Shown one piece after another: positions 19,681-29,646 of a stretch of 64,000 nucleotides of DNA. The stretch covers positions 155,677-219,676 of the IMG/VR virus record IMGVR_UViG_3300033182_000674; one strand, written 5' to 3'. The position numbers and the translations under genes were made by a program. The notes beneath the pieces are model-generated. The model was not told the origin of the DNA and did no database searches. It saw only the letters and a list, made by a program, of their open reading frames with translations. Numbering within the stretch: position 1 is the first letter of the stretch; every line of letters begins with the position of its first letter.

Positions 19681-22194
19681 TTATTTAATCTTTTGCTTTA
19701 ATTCTTCTACTTCTGATTTAAGCTCTTTAACTGCTTCGATAAGCAAACCAACTACGTTACCGTAAGCAACTTGTAAGTAACCATCATCACCTTGTACAAC
19801 AGCTTCTGGTAATACTGCTTGTAATTCTTGTGCGATTACACCAGTACCACGTTGACCATTTGATACTTTGTTAAATGTTACGCCACGAACCTGATCTACC
19901 TTTGCCATTGCATCAGTAATTAATTCGACATTTTCTTTTAATCTTGAGTCAGAGTATGCAGTAACATTACCTTGTGAAGTAATATCACCATCTGCATCAA
20001 TAGTACCAGTAACATATAAGTCACCATTTATTTGTGTTGAATCAGTATTTAATAATCCAGTAAAACTAACACTACCTACTGAATCAACTGTTAATCCACC
20101 AGCGGAAAGTCCACCACTAAATGTTGCACTATCATTAAATACCATTACACCAGTAATGGTATCACCATTAACATTTACATATGTACTATCTACTAATGAC
20201 TCAACAAATGCTGTATTAATTTTACTTCTAACATGATTTGAATCTATAATATTTAATACTTCACTTGAATCAACTGCAGGATCTACTCTAAAGTTAATAT
20301 AAGCTGAATCAATGATTGTATTATAATCGAAGTCATCAGCGCGTGCATTTACATATGCGCTGTCAACAACACCTAACCAATCTGCTCTATAGTTAATATA
20401 ATCTGAATCAACAATATTAGTTACAAAACCAGAATCTCTGTAAATATCTACTTGACGAGCTTGGACATAAGATGAATCAATGACTGTGATATAATCAAAG
20501 TCATCAGCACGAGCATTTACATATGCGCTATCTACGTATGATGCAATAGTTGAAGAACCAATTGTTTGAACATGGCCATGAGTATCAAATGTGATTGCAT
20601 CTACAAATTGACCTGGTGTTGATGTAACATCACTAATGATAATGTTATCATGTCTAGCCATAATCCAGCTTGAGTCAACCATTTTATAAAGTTCAGCTGA
20701 GTCAACAGTACCAATTGCTCTATCAGCAATATAAGATGAATCAACTAAGTTAATAACTTGTTGTTGTGTTAGTCTTAAATTAATTGCTGCAAGTAATGTA
20801 CCATATGCATCGCTATCATTATTCAATGCATCCGCAATTTCTTTAAGTGTATCTAATTGTCCAGGTGCGCCATTAATAAGAGCAGCAATCGCACTGTCAA
20901 TTAAACTAACTGCTTCTTGTGAGTCTAAGTAAATATGATCAATTAAGTTTTCAACATATGATTGATTGACAACCGTAGTAATTCTAGTATCTAAATTACC
21001 TGCAGTAGATTTAACACTTACAACATGACCATAATTATCTACATTAACACCAGTAACATACGTATTTGTGGAATCAATTACTTCAAACGTTTTAGACGAT
21101 GATAAAACACCAGTTGAATCATGATGAGACATAACATATGCGTTATTAACATAATCACTTATGTCTTGAGTACCAACTTCTACTGGGTGACCTTTATCAT
21201 CAAAAATTATATCACTAAGGTATGTGCCAGCAGATGGGAAAACATTAGAAAGAGTTGGTTCTTTATCTGCATGTCGATCCATTACATATGGTGCATCAAC
21301 AAAACGATTTGTAACTGAAGCAAGTGCAGCAGTTAGATATTTACTATTAAGAGCTGGATCTTGAACTGCTTCATCAACTAGTTCTATACCAGTCATTGCT
21401 CCAACAGAATCACCCCAAACATCTGCAACATAAGCAGTATATTTAGTTAATGAACTATCAACCAATGCTGCAATATAATCACTATCGATAAAGATTGATA
21501 AGTCAGATGAAAGAATTGCGTCTAAGCTTTGAGTTGAGTATGCAGTTAAGTGACCTTGAGCATCAAATGTTAGACCATTAACAAACTCATCTGGATTAGT
21601 TGCTAAGTTATTTAATGTTGGTGCTTTAGGATCGTGATTAATTGTAATTGTTCTATTGGCATCAGTAAATTGATTAGCACCTGACACACTTAAGTTATCA
21701 CCTGCGACAATTTGAAAATCAAACTCGCTTCTTGGAATAAAACCACTATCTAAATCAACAGAACTAATTGATGTAATATGTGCATGATTATCAATAGTAA
21801 TATTTGAAACAACATTATTATTCGTATTACTAGTATTTGCTGCTCCAGCTTGTTTCAACGCGTGTTTAATTTGAATAACAAAATCAGAATCACCTTTGGT
21901 GGTGAACATATCTTCATTTAGACCAAAATTAGCAGAATCACCATTATTAACTGAAAGCATACCATCAGGAGTTTTAATCGTAATTAATCCATTAAAGATA
22001 TTGGCTGCTATTTCATCAATAATTAATTGCTGAGCGGTTGCTGCACTAATTGCTTGGTTTGTTACAAAGTATTTTAAAGCAGTTCCAAGATTTAGTTTGG
22101 AAACTCCATATAAATCAGTTGTATTAGCGACAATAAGATAATTAGAATCTCTAAGATCCTGTTCCGCCATTGAGTCTAAATCTAATATTCTCAT
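19681..22194 (-). CDS. Tail fibre protein with C-terminal peptidase S74 intramolecular chaperone (837 aa)
   Basis: C-terminal YSDSRLKENVELI...GVIAQELQAVLPEAV...VAYGNVVGLLIEAVKELKSEVEELK; fibre motif APGQLDTLKEIADALNND; DSAYV repeats. Confidence 0.85.
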   Translation of the reverse strand: MRILDLDSMAEQDLRDSNYLIVANTTDLYGVSKLNLGTALKYFVTNQAISAATAQQLIIDEIAANIFNGLITIKTPDGMLSVNNGDSANFGLNEDMFTTKGDSDFVIQIKHALKQAGAANTSNTNNNVVSNITIDNHAHITSISSVDLDSGFIPRSEFDFQIVAGDNLSVSGANQFTDANRTITINHDPKAPTLNNLATNPDEFVNGLTFDAQGHLTAYSTQSLDAILSSDLSIFIDSDYIAALVDSSLTKYTAYVADVWGDSVGAMTGIELVDEAVQDPALNSKYLTAALASVTNRFVDAPYVMDRHADKEPTLSNVFPSAGTYLSDIIFDDKGHPVEVGTQDISDYVNNAYVMSHHDSTGVLSSSKTFEVIDSTNTYVTGVNVDNYGHVVSVKSTAGNLDTRITTVVNQSYVENLIDHIYLDSQEAVSLIDSAIAALINGAPGQLDTLKEIADALNNDSDAYGTLLAAINLRLTQQQVINLVDSSYIADRAIGTVDSAELYKMVDSSWIMARHDNIIISDVTSTPGQFVDAITFDTHGHVQTIGSSTIASYVDSAYVNARADDFDYITVIDSSYVQARQVDIYRDSGFVTNIVDSDYINYRADWLGVVDSAYVNARADDFDYNTIIDSAYINFRVDPAVDSSEVLNIIDSNHVRSKINTAFVESLVDSTYVNVNGDTITGVMVFNDSATFSGGLSAGGLTVDSVGSVSFTGLLNTDSTQINGDLYVTGTIDADGDITSQGNVTAYSDSRLKENVELITDAMAKVDQVRGVTFNKVSNGQRGTGVIAQELQAVLPEAVVQGDDGYLQVAYGNVVGLLIEAVKELKSEVEELKQKIK

Positions 22195-22213
22195 TTCTTT
22201 TTATTCCGATTAA

Positions 22214-23548
22214 TTAGTACGTTCTTGAAGTCGCATTACTTACAGCACCGACTGTTTCGTTGGTAGTATTAAATTGAATCATTCTTACTTTTAATGACCA
22301 TTTAGTTGCATCTAAATCAGCATGAACTCCAGTTTCTTTTATTGGTGCTGTACCAATACCATTAGCACCGATTGTAATTGCCATTGCTGAACTATTACCA
22401 GTTACTACATTAGGTGCAACCGCTGTTAATACTGCGCCAACACCATAGCTTAAACTAGTATGACGTGTTGGTTCAACTGTAGGTGCTGGTATAACATCTC
22501 CAACTGTATATGACTGATCACTTGTTTTACAAACAAGTTCTATTTGATAGAAATCTGGAGTACCTGATCTACCATCAGCAGCATATGGGTTATTACCACT
22601 TTGAGTATAATCATAAAGTAAATAATAAACACCAGCATTAGCAAGTGTTGTAACTTCATACTCAACAACACTGTATAATGTATTACTAAAAGCATTTAAT
22701 CCTTGAACTAACGTTGCAGGTGTAACAATTAAGTTATCTGAAGTTAATTGTGCAACGTCTGAATCTTCTGCAAATAGAGTTGAGCTATGATCATTTACTA
22801 AACCAGTAGTTGTAATTTGATTTGTTGTTACGCTATTGAATGTAACATCTGACGTTGTTTCAACAGCTTGACCAATACTAATAGCATTATTAGTAATAGA
22901 TACACCAGTACCTTCATTGGCTGCATTCAGTGCTACTGGAATAGAAAGTGTACTTAAATCAATTTCAAGTAAACCGGTTGTATTATCATAAGATAAGCCA
23001 TTATTAGGCGTAATTGAAAGAGCTGCTCTTGCTCTAGCATCAGTATAATAAAGATTACCGGTACCTTCTAAAATTTGGTCAGTATTATATTGACCACCAC
23101 CACCTTGTTGAGCAGCATCAACAATATCAGCTAAAACTATAGGCAATTGACTTGATACTAAGGTACCAGTAATTTTACCTGCATCGATATTTGGAATTAA
23201 AGCTGGACTTAAAACACCAGAAGTAATTTTACTTGCAGGTAAATTAGGAATATCTGTTACTTGTATATCATTTGATACAAAAGAAAATACACCAGTTAAT
23301 GGATTATAACTAAGTTCTGTATGAGATGAACCAGTACCAACAACTTCAACCATATCTCTAATAGTAGAAGGTTTTGTTCTTTCAATAAGTGTATTGACCG
23401 CATCAGTAATAGATGAATAATCTCCATCACCTTGGTCATTAATTGAACCAACACCTCCGACATTTGTCGATAAGGTATTAATTTTCTTTCTTAAAGTACC
23501 AATAGTGTCGGTAATATCAATAACAATTGGATTAGGATCTGCTGCCAT
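22214..23548 (-). CDS. Fibre/whisker-like structural protein, paralogue of 32126..33235
   Basis: Track ORF starts at TTG 23563; ATG at 23548 preferred. IPNLPASKITSGVL / IPNIDAGKITG fibre repeats; N-terminus aligns with the 369-aa protein. Confidence 0.7.
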   Translation of the reverse strand: MAADPNPIVIDITDTIGTLRKKINTLSTNVGGVGSINDQGDGDYSSITDAVNTLIERTKPSTIRDMVEVVGTGSSHTELSYNPLTGVFSFVSNDIQVTDIPNLPASKITSGVLSPALIPNIDAGKITGTLVSSQLPIVLADIVDAAQQGGGGQYNTDQILEGTGNLYYTDARARAALSITPNNGLSYDNTTGLLEIDLSTLSIPVALNAANEGTGVSITNNAISIGQAVETTSDVTFNSVTTNQITTTGLVNDHSSTLFAEDSDVAQLTSDNLIVTPATLVQGLNAFSNTLYSVVEYEVTTLANAGVYYLLYDYTQSGNNPYAADGRSGTPDFYQIELVCKTSDQSYTVGDVIPAPTVEPTRHTSLSYGVGAVLTAVAPNVVTGNSSAMAITIGANGIGTAPIKETGVHADLDATKWSLKVRMIQFNTTNETVGAVSNATSRTY

Positions 23549-23587
23549 AATAGTTTTCTTCAATAGTTAGTAAAAGTTGATTAATAG

Positions 23588-23595
23588 TATTTATA
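23588..23595 (-). promoter_or_regulatory. T4-type late promoter TATAAATA
   Basis: Exact consensus immediately after the last gene of the radical SAM cassette, 40 nt upstream of ATG 23548. Confidence 0.8.
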
Positions 23596-23601
23596 TGAGA
23601 T

Positions 23602-24000
23602 CTACGACACAGAGAAAAACTCTTCCTCATAATATTCTCTAATATCAGGTATCATTCCTTCCATTGGAATAGGAAAATCTATATTATCTAATAAAAATTC
23701 ATAAACTTCTGGGCTTTCATCATATGTTTTATAGTATGGATCATTACCATATAACAAATCGGGATCCATTAATAGATCCCTAAAGTCTTCTTGAAAATCT
23801 TGACTTATCCAATATGCATAACAAAAAGCAACAACATAACTTTTTGCTGGATATATCCATTCATCTACTCTTTCATAAAAATGCCGTAATGCATTATTCT
23901 TTAAATCATGTGATAAAGTAATTTCTATTTTATTTAGATCATCTTTAAAATAATGGTTTAATTTATGAAATACTTCTTGTCTTATTTTCCATTCTTGCAT
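23602..24000 (-). CDS. Hypothetical protein of the radical SAM cassette (132 aa)
   Basis: ORF overlapping the upstream rSAM gene by 38 nt; aromatic/acidic; no family recognised. Confidence 0.7.
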   Translation of the reverse strand: MQEWKIRQEVFHKLNHYFKDDLNKIEITLSHDLKNNALRHFYERVDEWIYPAKSYVVAFCYAYWISQDFQEDFRDLLMDPDLLYGNDPYYKTYDESPEVYEFLLDNIDFPIPMEGMIPDIREYYEEEFFSVS

Positions 24001-24898
24001 AATCTAATAATCCTTTGTAGCCATTACACGAATTAGTTAGGTCTGTTACATATCTATAATGTTCAGTTAAACAGTGTCCATAATATTCACATTGCTTACA
24101 TATTTCGCTTGTGTTTACTTCAGCTTCATTATCTGCCCATTTCAAATAATCATCAAATGAATCAAGCTCTAAGAAATATTCATTGTCATTCTTATCGAAT
24201 TCTAATACTGCAAATTTGCCATTTGGTGTAATATAAACATGATCATTTGAAAATGCATTATATGTTTTATTTAATGAATCTTCAATATGATATTCATTAA
24301 TAAATTCAAAGCTTTTTTCCACAGGACTTTCTAACCATTTAATAATAAAATCTTCAAAGTCTTTATGTGTTACATTTTGTTGATTAGCTTGATTAGTCGA
24401 ATATGGTTTTATTTCAACTGAAGTAATTGCTCTACACATATTTAATTGTGTAATCATATGATCAACATCCATTTGAATAACCTTTTCTGATGCTAATATA
24501 AGAACAGCAATTGGTACTTCAGACATAAACATATTATTAAATACTTTTTCACTTTGTTCTCTTGCATCGAAATCATATGATACTGATAACGTAATATCAT
24601 CATCAAAGAAAGGTTGATAAACTTTTGAGAAATTAGTATTAATATTAATTTTACCAGTATAATAATTTTTTATAACATTCTTTAACTGATAAAAATAAGA
24701 CTTAGGCATTGCTGTTATTTCTCCGCCATATAAATCTACGTGATCTATATTTGGAACTTGAGATAATAACTCATCTAATTGGCCTAAGTCTATTCGCTTT
24801 TGATCTTTTAATTGCTCAGGTGTTAAATAACAAAAATCACAATTGAAATTACAAAAATAACTTGGATTAATTGATAGATTCATATCTAATATACTCAT
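23963..24898 (-). CDS. Radical SAM protein with C-terminal Cys cluster (311 aa)
   Basis: NPSYFCNFNCDFCY (CxxxCxxC), LYGGE, C-terminal CKQCEYYGHCLTEH...C. Confidence 0.9.
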   Translation of the reverse strand: MSILDMNLSINPSYFCNFNCDFCYLTPEQLKDQKRIDLGQLDELLSQVPNIDHVDLYGGEITAMPKSYFYQLKNVIKNYYTGKININTNFSKVYQPFFDDDITLSVSYDFDAREQSEKVFNNMFMSEVPIAVLILASEKVIQMDVDHMITQLNMCRAITSVEIKPYSTNQANQQNVTHKDFEDFIIKWLESPVEKSFEFINEYHIEDSLNKTYNAFSNDHVYITPNGKFAVLEFDKNDNEYFLELDSFDDYLKWADNEAEVNTSEICKQCEYYGHCLTEHYRYVTDLTNSCNGYKGLLDYARMENKTRSIS

Positions 24899-25916
24899 TA
24901 ATATAAGGTGTTAATTCACGCTCAACTGCATTAGCTTCAAGAATCTTTGGAGCTAACTGTTTCATATGATAGCAATGATCTTCTACCATATTATGATTTT
25001 TTAAATCTTTAATTGTTTTCTTACAACCATTACATATCTCAAACATAGGACATGTGTAACATGCTTGTTTTAAACTACTTAATTCTAAACTATTCATTAA
25101 TGGTGTAAGAAACTCGCCATTCATTTCTCTTTCCCAATCAATGGCCATATCTCTATCATCGCCAAAAGCACCACACGTATAATAGTCACCTTCAGGCTGT
25201 ATAGTTCTTATACCAGCATCACATCCTCTATTTTGTGGACATACTGTTGGTTCACCTTGCAAACGTTTCATCATTTGCATTGTATTAAATTCCCATGAAG
25301 CTAATCCAGCTTCCCATATCTCAACATATTTTTCATATATTTTAGATAAGCGATATGGTTTATCTTGATCGCCACTTGACATTGCATAATTCAATTTACA
25401 TACAACATCCATTTCTTTTGCAAGTTCAACTGTACGTATAGCACTCCATTCATTTTCTTCTGTTATAACAGCAATAAAGTCTGGACGATAACCACAGTGT
25501 TCTAACATTGCATCTGATGCTTTCCAAAAGTCCGCTTCAGTAAATACTTTACCATCACCCATTAGTCTTCCTTTACCATATTGAAATGATGTACATACTC
25601 CAACTCGGGGGTGATTAAATAAATCAACCCATTTTTTTGGTTTAACAACAAATGGCCAAAGATTAGTTGTTAATGATATAGTGGCGTGTGAATCTACTTT
25701 GTCTAAATACTCAATAATCTTCCAATAATAACTTGGATGCATCATTAATGGATCTCCACCATTTACAATAATAGTATTTGTCTCTGGAAATCTATCGATA
25801 AATTGGTAGATACGATCTAGATCTAGTTCTGATGTATGATCATCAGCTATCTTAGTGCTTGAACAGAAAGTGCATTTAAAATTACACTTTTCTGTTGGTT
25901 TAATAATTAAGTCCAT
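24867..25916 (-). CDS. Radical SAM/SPASM protein (349 aa)
   Basis: KPTEKCNFKCTFCSS, NGGDPL, SPASM-like CPQNRGC...YYTC...CYTCPMFEICNGC...C. Confidence 0.92.
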   Translation of the reverse strand: MDLIIKPTEKCNFKCTFCSSTKIADDHTSELDLDRIYQFIDRFPETNTIIVNGGDPLMMHPSYYWKIIEYLDKVDSHATISLTTNLWPFVVKPKKWVDLFNHPRVGVCTSFQYGKGRLMGDGKVFTEADFWKASDAMLEHCGYRPDFIAVITEENEWSAIRTVELAKEMDVVCKLNYAMSSGDQDKPYRLSKIYEKYVEIWEAGLASWEFNTMQMMKRLQGEPTVCPQNRGCDAGIRTIQPEGDYYTCGAFGDDRDMAIDWEREMNGEFLTPLMNSLELSSLKQACYTCPMFEICNGCKKTIKDLKNHNMVEDHCYHMKQLAPKILEANAVERELTPYINEYIRYESIN

Positions 25917-26370
25917 CTATATCATACATAAAGTTGGCGACTATTCTTACATCATCTGTATGAATAACCTTGTGTTGAACGTTTGGTGCTTGGCTTAACA
26001 TAATTAAATCATATTTACTAGGTTGAATAATACCAGTTTTTTCATTATTCATTCTAACCATTAACTCACCATTATTTTTTATATCAGTCATATAATATAA
26101 AAAGAATATATTATAACCTTCTCTTAGATCATTATGCCATTCACATGTAGAATCTTCTGATCCTTTCCATATTGAATGATCTGTTTTATTATAATTACCA
26201 AAAAGCGGTATTACATACTTATCTACAATATATTTATTTGCTTCATTAATATCTATATTGAGCATTTCAAATTGATTATCGTTTACTTCTGGAACATCAA
26301 TAAAAGAATATAACTCCTTATCGATAGTTTGCGCATAACCTTTTATAATAAAATCACTAAAATCAATCAT
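25900..26370 (-). CDS. 2OG-Fe(II) oxygenase-like protein (156 aa)
   Basis: WHND (HxD), following IFFLYYM strand, GELMV, distal QHKV and RIVANF. Confidence 0.7.
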   Translation of the reverse strand: MIDFSDFIIKGYAQTIDKELYSFIDVPEVNDNQFEMLNIDINEANKYIVDKYVIPLFGNYNKTDHSIWKGSEDSTCEWHNDLREGYNIFFLYYMTDIKNNGELMVRMNNEKTGIIQPSKYDLIMLSQAPNVQHKVIHTDDVRIVANFMYDIDGLNY

Positions 26371-26851
26371 CTAATACTGCTTTAAAAGTAAATTTTAAAA
26401 GTTTTCTTGGAGAAGTATTTTCAAAGTTTGTTGCTCTATGTAAAACATCACCATTAAAGAATACTGCTCTTCCTTTTGCAATATTCACATTATGGATATT
26501 GCCGTTATAATCCTTTATTTCTAATGGATCTTCACAATCTTCTAAGTATACAACAACAGTAAAACTAACGTCAGGAATTTCTATATTATCTTCTTCTAAA
26601 TTATCTGGATGAAATTTATAAGAACCATAATCTAAATTATTCGCTAATAATTTTGCGGTACTTAATTTATATCTTTTACCAAGATAATCATTAATTTTTT
26701 CTATAACATAAAAAGCACTCGGTGGAATAATACAATCAGATCTTCCATCACCCCAACTCCAATCTTGAGTTTCATTGGCATATTCTTTAAATATAATATC
26801 GTCAACAAAATCGTCAACAACTTTCCATTCTGGATCAAATACTCTAATCAT
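26363..26851 (-). CDS. 2OG-Fe(II) oxygenase-like protein (162 aa)
   Basis: FHPD (HxD), SFTVVVYL, GRAVFFNGDVLHRA, RKLLKF (2OG-binding Arg). Confidence 0.8.
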   Translation of the reverse strand: MIRVFDPEWKVVDDFVDDIIFKEYANETQDWSWGDGRSDCIIPPSAFYVIEKINDYLGKRYKLSTAKLLANNLDYGSYKFHPDNLEEDNIEIPDVSFTVVVYLEDCEDPLEIKDYNGNIHNVNIAKGRAVFFNGDVLHRATNFENTSPRKLLKFTFKAVLDD

Positions 26852-27866
26852 TCATTTTATCTGCATATTTAAATGTTTCTTTATAAACACAACCATCAAA
26901 GTCACGTTCTAATCTTTTCCAATCATTTCTAACAAAACAACTAAATGGACATCTATTATAATATTCACAACTAAAGCAATCATGATCATTTAAAAACTTT
27001 TCAATAATTGCATCATTGGTATCAGATATTATAGTAATAAAGTCTTCGGTATCTTTATGTTGTCTTATTCTACAACTTGATGTCCTATTATCTGCTTCCA
27101 ATAATAATTTATTTACACTGGGACAACTCATTTTATTTAATGATGCGTTATTAGTAAAAGCAGATAAGTTAGTACATTCTGGATAATGATCTAAAAGGAA
27201 TATATTAAAATTATATAAGTCTCTCTCACTTGGAACAAGTGTATTTGGAACAGTAGGACCTGGTGTCAATTGATCCCAATAACATGGGAATAGACTATAG
27301 AGATAATCAAAATATTCATCACCATTATTTTGAAGGCGATACATACTTTGTTTAGTTGCAACAAGACATATTAAACTAATATGGTCCTTAAAAATTTCTA
27401 TATTTTCTTTGAATATTTTAAATTGTGCTGGATTAAATCTACCTGTTATATCATAACTTACACTTAATTTTAAATTATGTTTTTGTAGCCATTCAAGCAT
27501 AATAGATGTATTATCAAATACAAGATTACTTACAAAATTGAATGTTACAGACTTATCTAATTCATTACATAATTCATTTACACCATCTATAAATTCGTCA
27601 TAGATTGGTAGATATTCATCAAACAAATGATCTTGAAATAATTCGCCACCCATTATATTAAGAATATAATGATATTTGGTATTGGTATTAAAAAAGTCTC
27701 TTATTACATCAAGCTTGGAAAGTATTTGCTCTTTACTTTGACCAATTTTAGATTCATGATCTTGAAAGCAGTGTATACAACGTAAATTACATTCCTCAAA
27801 AAAGAATATTTCTAATTCTCCAGAGTCAGGTATTTTACTTTCTATAACACTTTGTAAATAACTCAT
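26844..27866 (-). CDS. Radical SAM protein with C-terminal Cys cluster (340 aa)
   Basis: FEECNLRCIHCFQ, MGGELF, C-terminal CPS...SSC...CFSCEYYNRCPFSC...C. Confidence 0.9.
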   Translation of the reverse strand: MSYLQSVIESKIPDSGELEIFFFEECNLRCIHCFQDHESKIGQSKEQILSKLDVIRDFFNTNTKYHYILNIMGGELFQDHLFDEYLPIYDEFIDGVNELCNELDKSVTFNFVSNLVFDNTSIMLEWLQKHNLKLSVSYDITGRFNPAQFKIFKENIEIFKDHISLICLVATKQSMYRLQNNGDEYFDYLYSLFPCYWDQLTPGPTVPNTLVPSERDLYNFNIFLLDHYPECTNLSAFTNNASLNKMSCPSVNKLLLEADNRTSSCRIRQHKDTEDFITIISDTNDAIIEKFLNDHDCFSCEYYNRCPFSCFVRNDWKRLERDFDGCVYKETFKYADKMND

Positions 27867-27883
27867 AATAAAAATAAATTAAT

Positions 27884-28933
27884 TTACTTAATTGTAAATT
27901 TAGCTAATTTATCTAATTCATCTTCTTGTTTAAGCGATCTAATATATGTAACAAATGGCAATACAATAGAACCACCTAGTGTAAATGGCAAATAGATTAA
28001 AGCAATTTTTTCATCTAAAATTTCTTGTAAAGCAGATTCAAACTCTTCATCTGTTAGTTCACCTTTATAAACCGAATCAAGATATTTAAACATCATTTCA
28101 GAAGAAATTGGTGATTGAATACCGGTTCCGCTTTGATTGAATGCCATATCACCATAAATTGCACTAGTAACTTTTTGTACAATATCAACGAGCTCTTTAA
28201 CTTCTTTTTCTGTACCATTAGATATATCTAATTTAGAACCAGCTCCACCAACATATGCTTTTCCAATCTCTATGCTTTTTCTGTTATTCCAACAATTATT
28301 AACAAATGGTTTCATACCAGGAAGCTCTTTATAGTTTTTAATAGTTTTCCCTGAGCCGCCTAATAATTCTTGTAAATCATTATCTAAAATTAATATATCA
28401 ATATGGCGACGACACTCTAAAATAGTATCTTCATATTCACGCTTAATCATTTTAGACATTAATGTTTTGAGTTTACTCTTATGGCTAGATCCAGAATCAG
28501 CAAACACAGATGCAATTAAAAATTCATATGAAGGCATATAATCAATATGACTATAATCTCCTTCTTCTGTATCTTCAAAAGAATCTTTCATAATTTGAGC
28601 TAATTGTGTATTTTGCTTTCCATACATTTCAAGTGTATGGTTATAACAATCAACCCATACATCAAATGAATCTTGATCAAAGTTTACGGTTGACTTAAGC
28701 CAATGAGTAGCAATTTGTGCAAAATGAAATGTATCAGCATAGATAGTAACTTTTTCATTCTTAGTAAAGCCAAGTTGAATAACTGATTGTGGTGTTAATG
28801 TTTCTGCCGCAGCAATTATAGATTTAGTATTATAAACATTACCACCATATTCTTTTGATACAACAATACAAGTGTCTAATGTATTAAGATAAGTATCTTG
28901 TTCTAAAAATACATTGTTAAATAAATGGATCAT
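27884..28933 (-). CDS. Hypothetical protein of the radical SAM cassette (349 aa)
   Basis: Long ORF with a 4-nt ATGA overlap with the upstream gene; no family recognised. Confidence 0.8.
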   Translation of the reverse strand: MIHLFNNVFLEQDTYLNTLDTCIVVSKEYGGNVYNTKSIIAAAETLTPQSVIQLGFTKNEKVTIYADTFHFAQIATHWLKSTVNFDQDSFDVWVDCYNHTLEMYGKQNTQLAQIMKDSFEDTEEGDYSHIDYMPSYEFLIASVFADSGSSHKSKLKTLMSKMIKREYEDTILECRRHIDILILDNDLQELLGGSGKTIKNYKELPGMKPFVNNCWNNRKSIEIGKAYVGGAGSKLDISNGTEKEVKELVDIVQKVTSAIYGDMAFNQSGTGIQSPISSEMMFKYLDSVYKGELTDEEFESALQEILDEKIALIYLPFTLGGSIVLPFVTYIRSLKQEDELDKLAKFTIK

Positions 28934-29637
28934 GCTTTTAGCTCCTGCATTGTTTGCAATTTATCAAACATTTTATGATAGTCTTCTATATCTAAACTAC
29001 CTGATGCCATACTATGTGTTAAAATAAACATTGGGTTGTTTCTATTTGCCCAATAACTAAATAAGTTTTTACCTTTAAAAATATATTCATTGAAAAACTT
29101 AGGATAATATCTTAGGTTATCTGATTTAGTTTTTTCAAGCAATGAATATAATGAATCTCTTTTTAATAAACTAACAAAATTAACACCTTTCATATCACCA
29201 TCATCTTCAGCAATTGGTGCATTTTCACTAAACTCTTTAAAAGTTTCGTCTTGAATTGAATGCATATTATATAGTGTTAAACTATCAATTCTTTGTTCCC
29301 AAATATCTAGTTCTTTAGAATACTGTTCTAATACATCTGAATCTATAACTGGAATAATACCTCTTTTTTGCATTAATAAATTAATAATAACTTCTTCAAG
29401 CAATGGTATATTAACTATCGATGTTGAGTTAAGATATACTCCAACCATTTCAACCAATTCATCTGGCTCAGTAATATTTAAATCACAAGGAATATCTAAA
29501 TTACTCAAATATGTAATAAGCTTTTCGCCTTTTAAATTTGAATCTTTATAGTTAATAATAAATTTAGTTTCTTTATCTTCAAAATATAGTTTCAACAAAT
29601 CTATGGAAATAGGTGCTGTTGTTTCAATAATATTCAT
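28930..29637 (-). CDS. Hypothetical protein of the radical SAM cassette (235 aa)
   Basis: GAGGAA Shine-Dalgarno right after the precursor stop; no family recognised. Confidence 0.8.
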   Translation of the reverse strand: MNIIETTAPISIDLLKLYFEDKETKFIINYKDSNLKGEKLITYLSNLDIPCDLNITEPDELVEMVGVYLNSTSIVNIPLLEEVIINLLMQKRGIIPVIDSDVLEQYSKELDIWEQRIDSLTLYNMHSIQDETFKEFSENAPIAEDDGDMKGVNFVSLLKRDSLYSLLEKTKSDNLRYYPKFFNEYIFKGKNLFSYWANRNNPMFILTHSMASGSLDIEDYHKMFDKLQTMQELKA

Positions 29638-29646
29638 AATTTCCTC

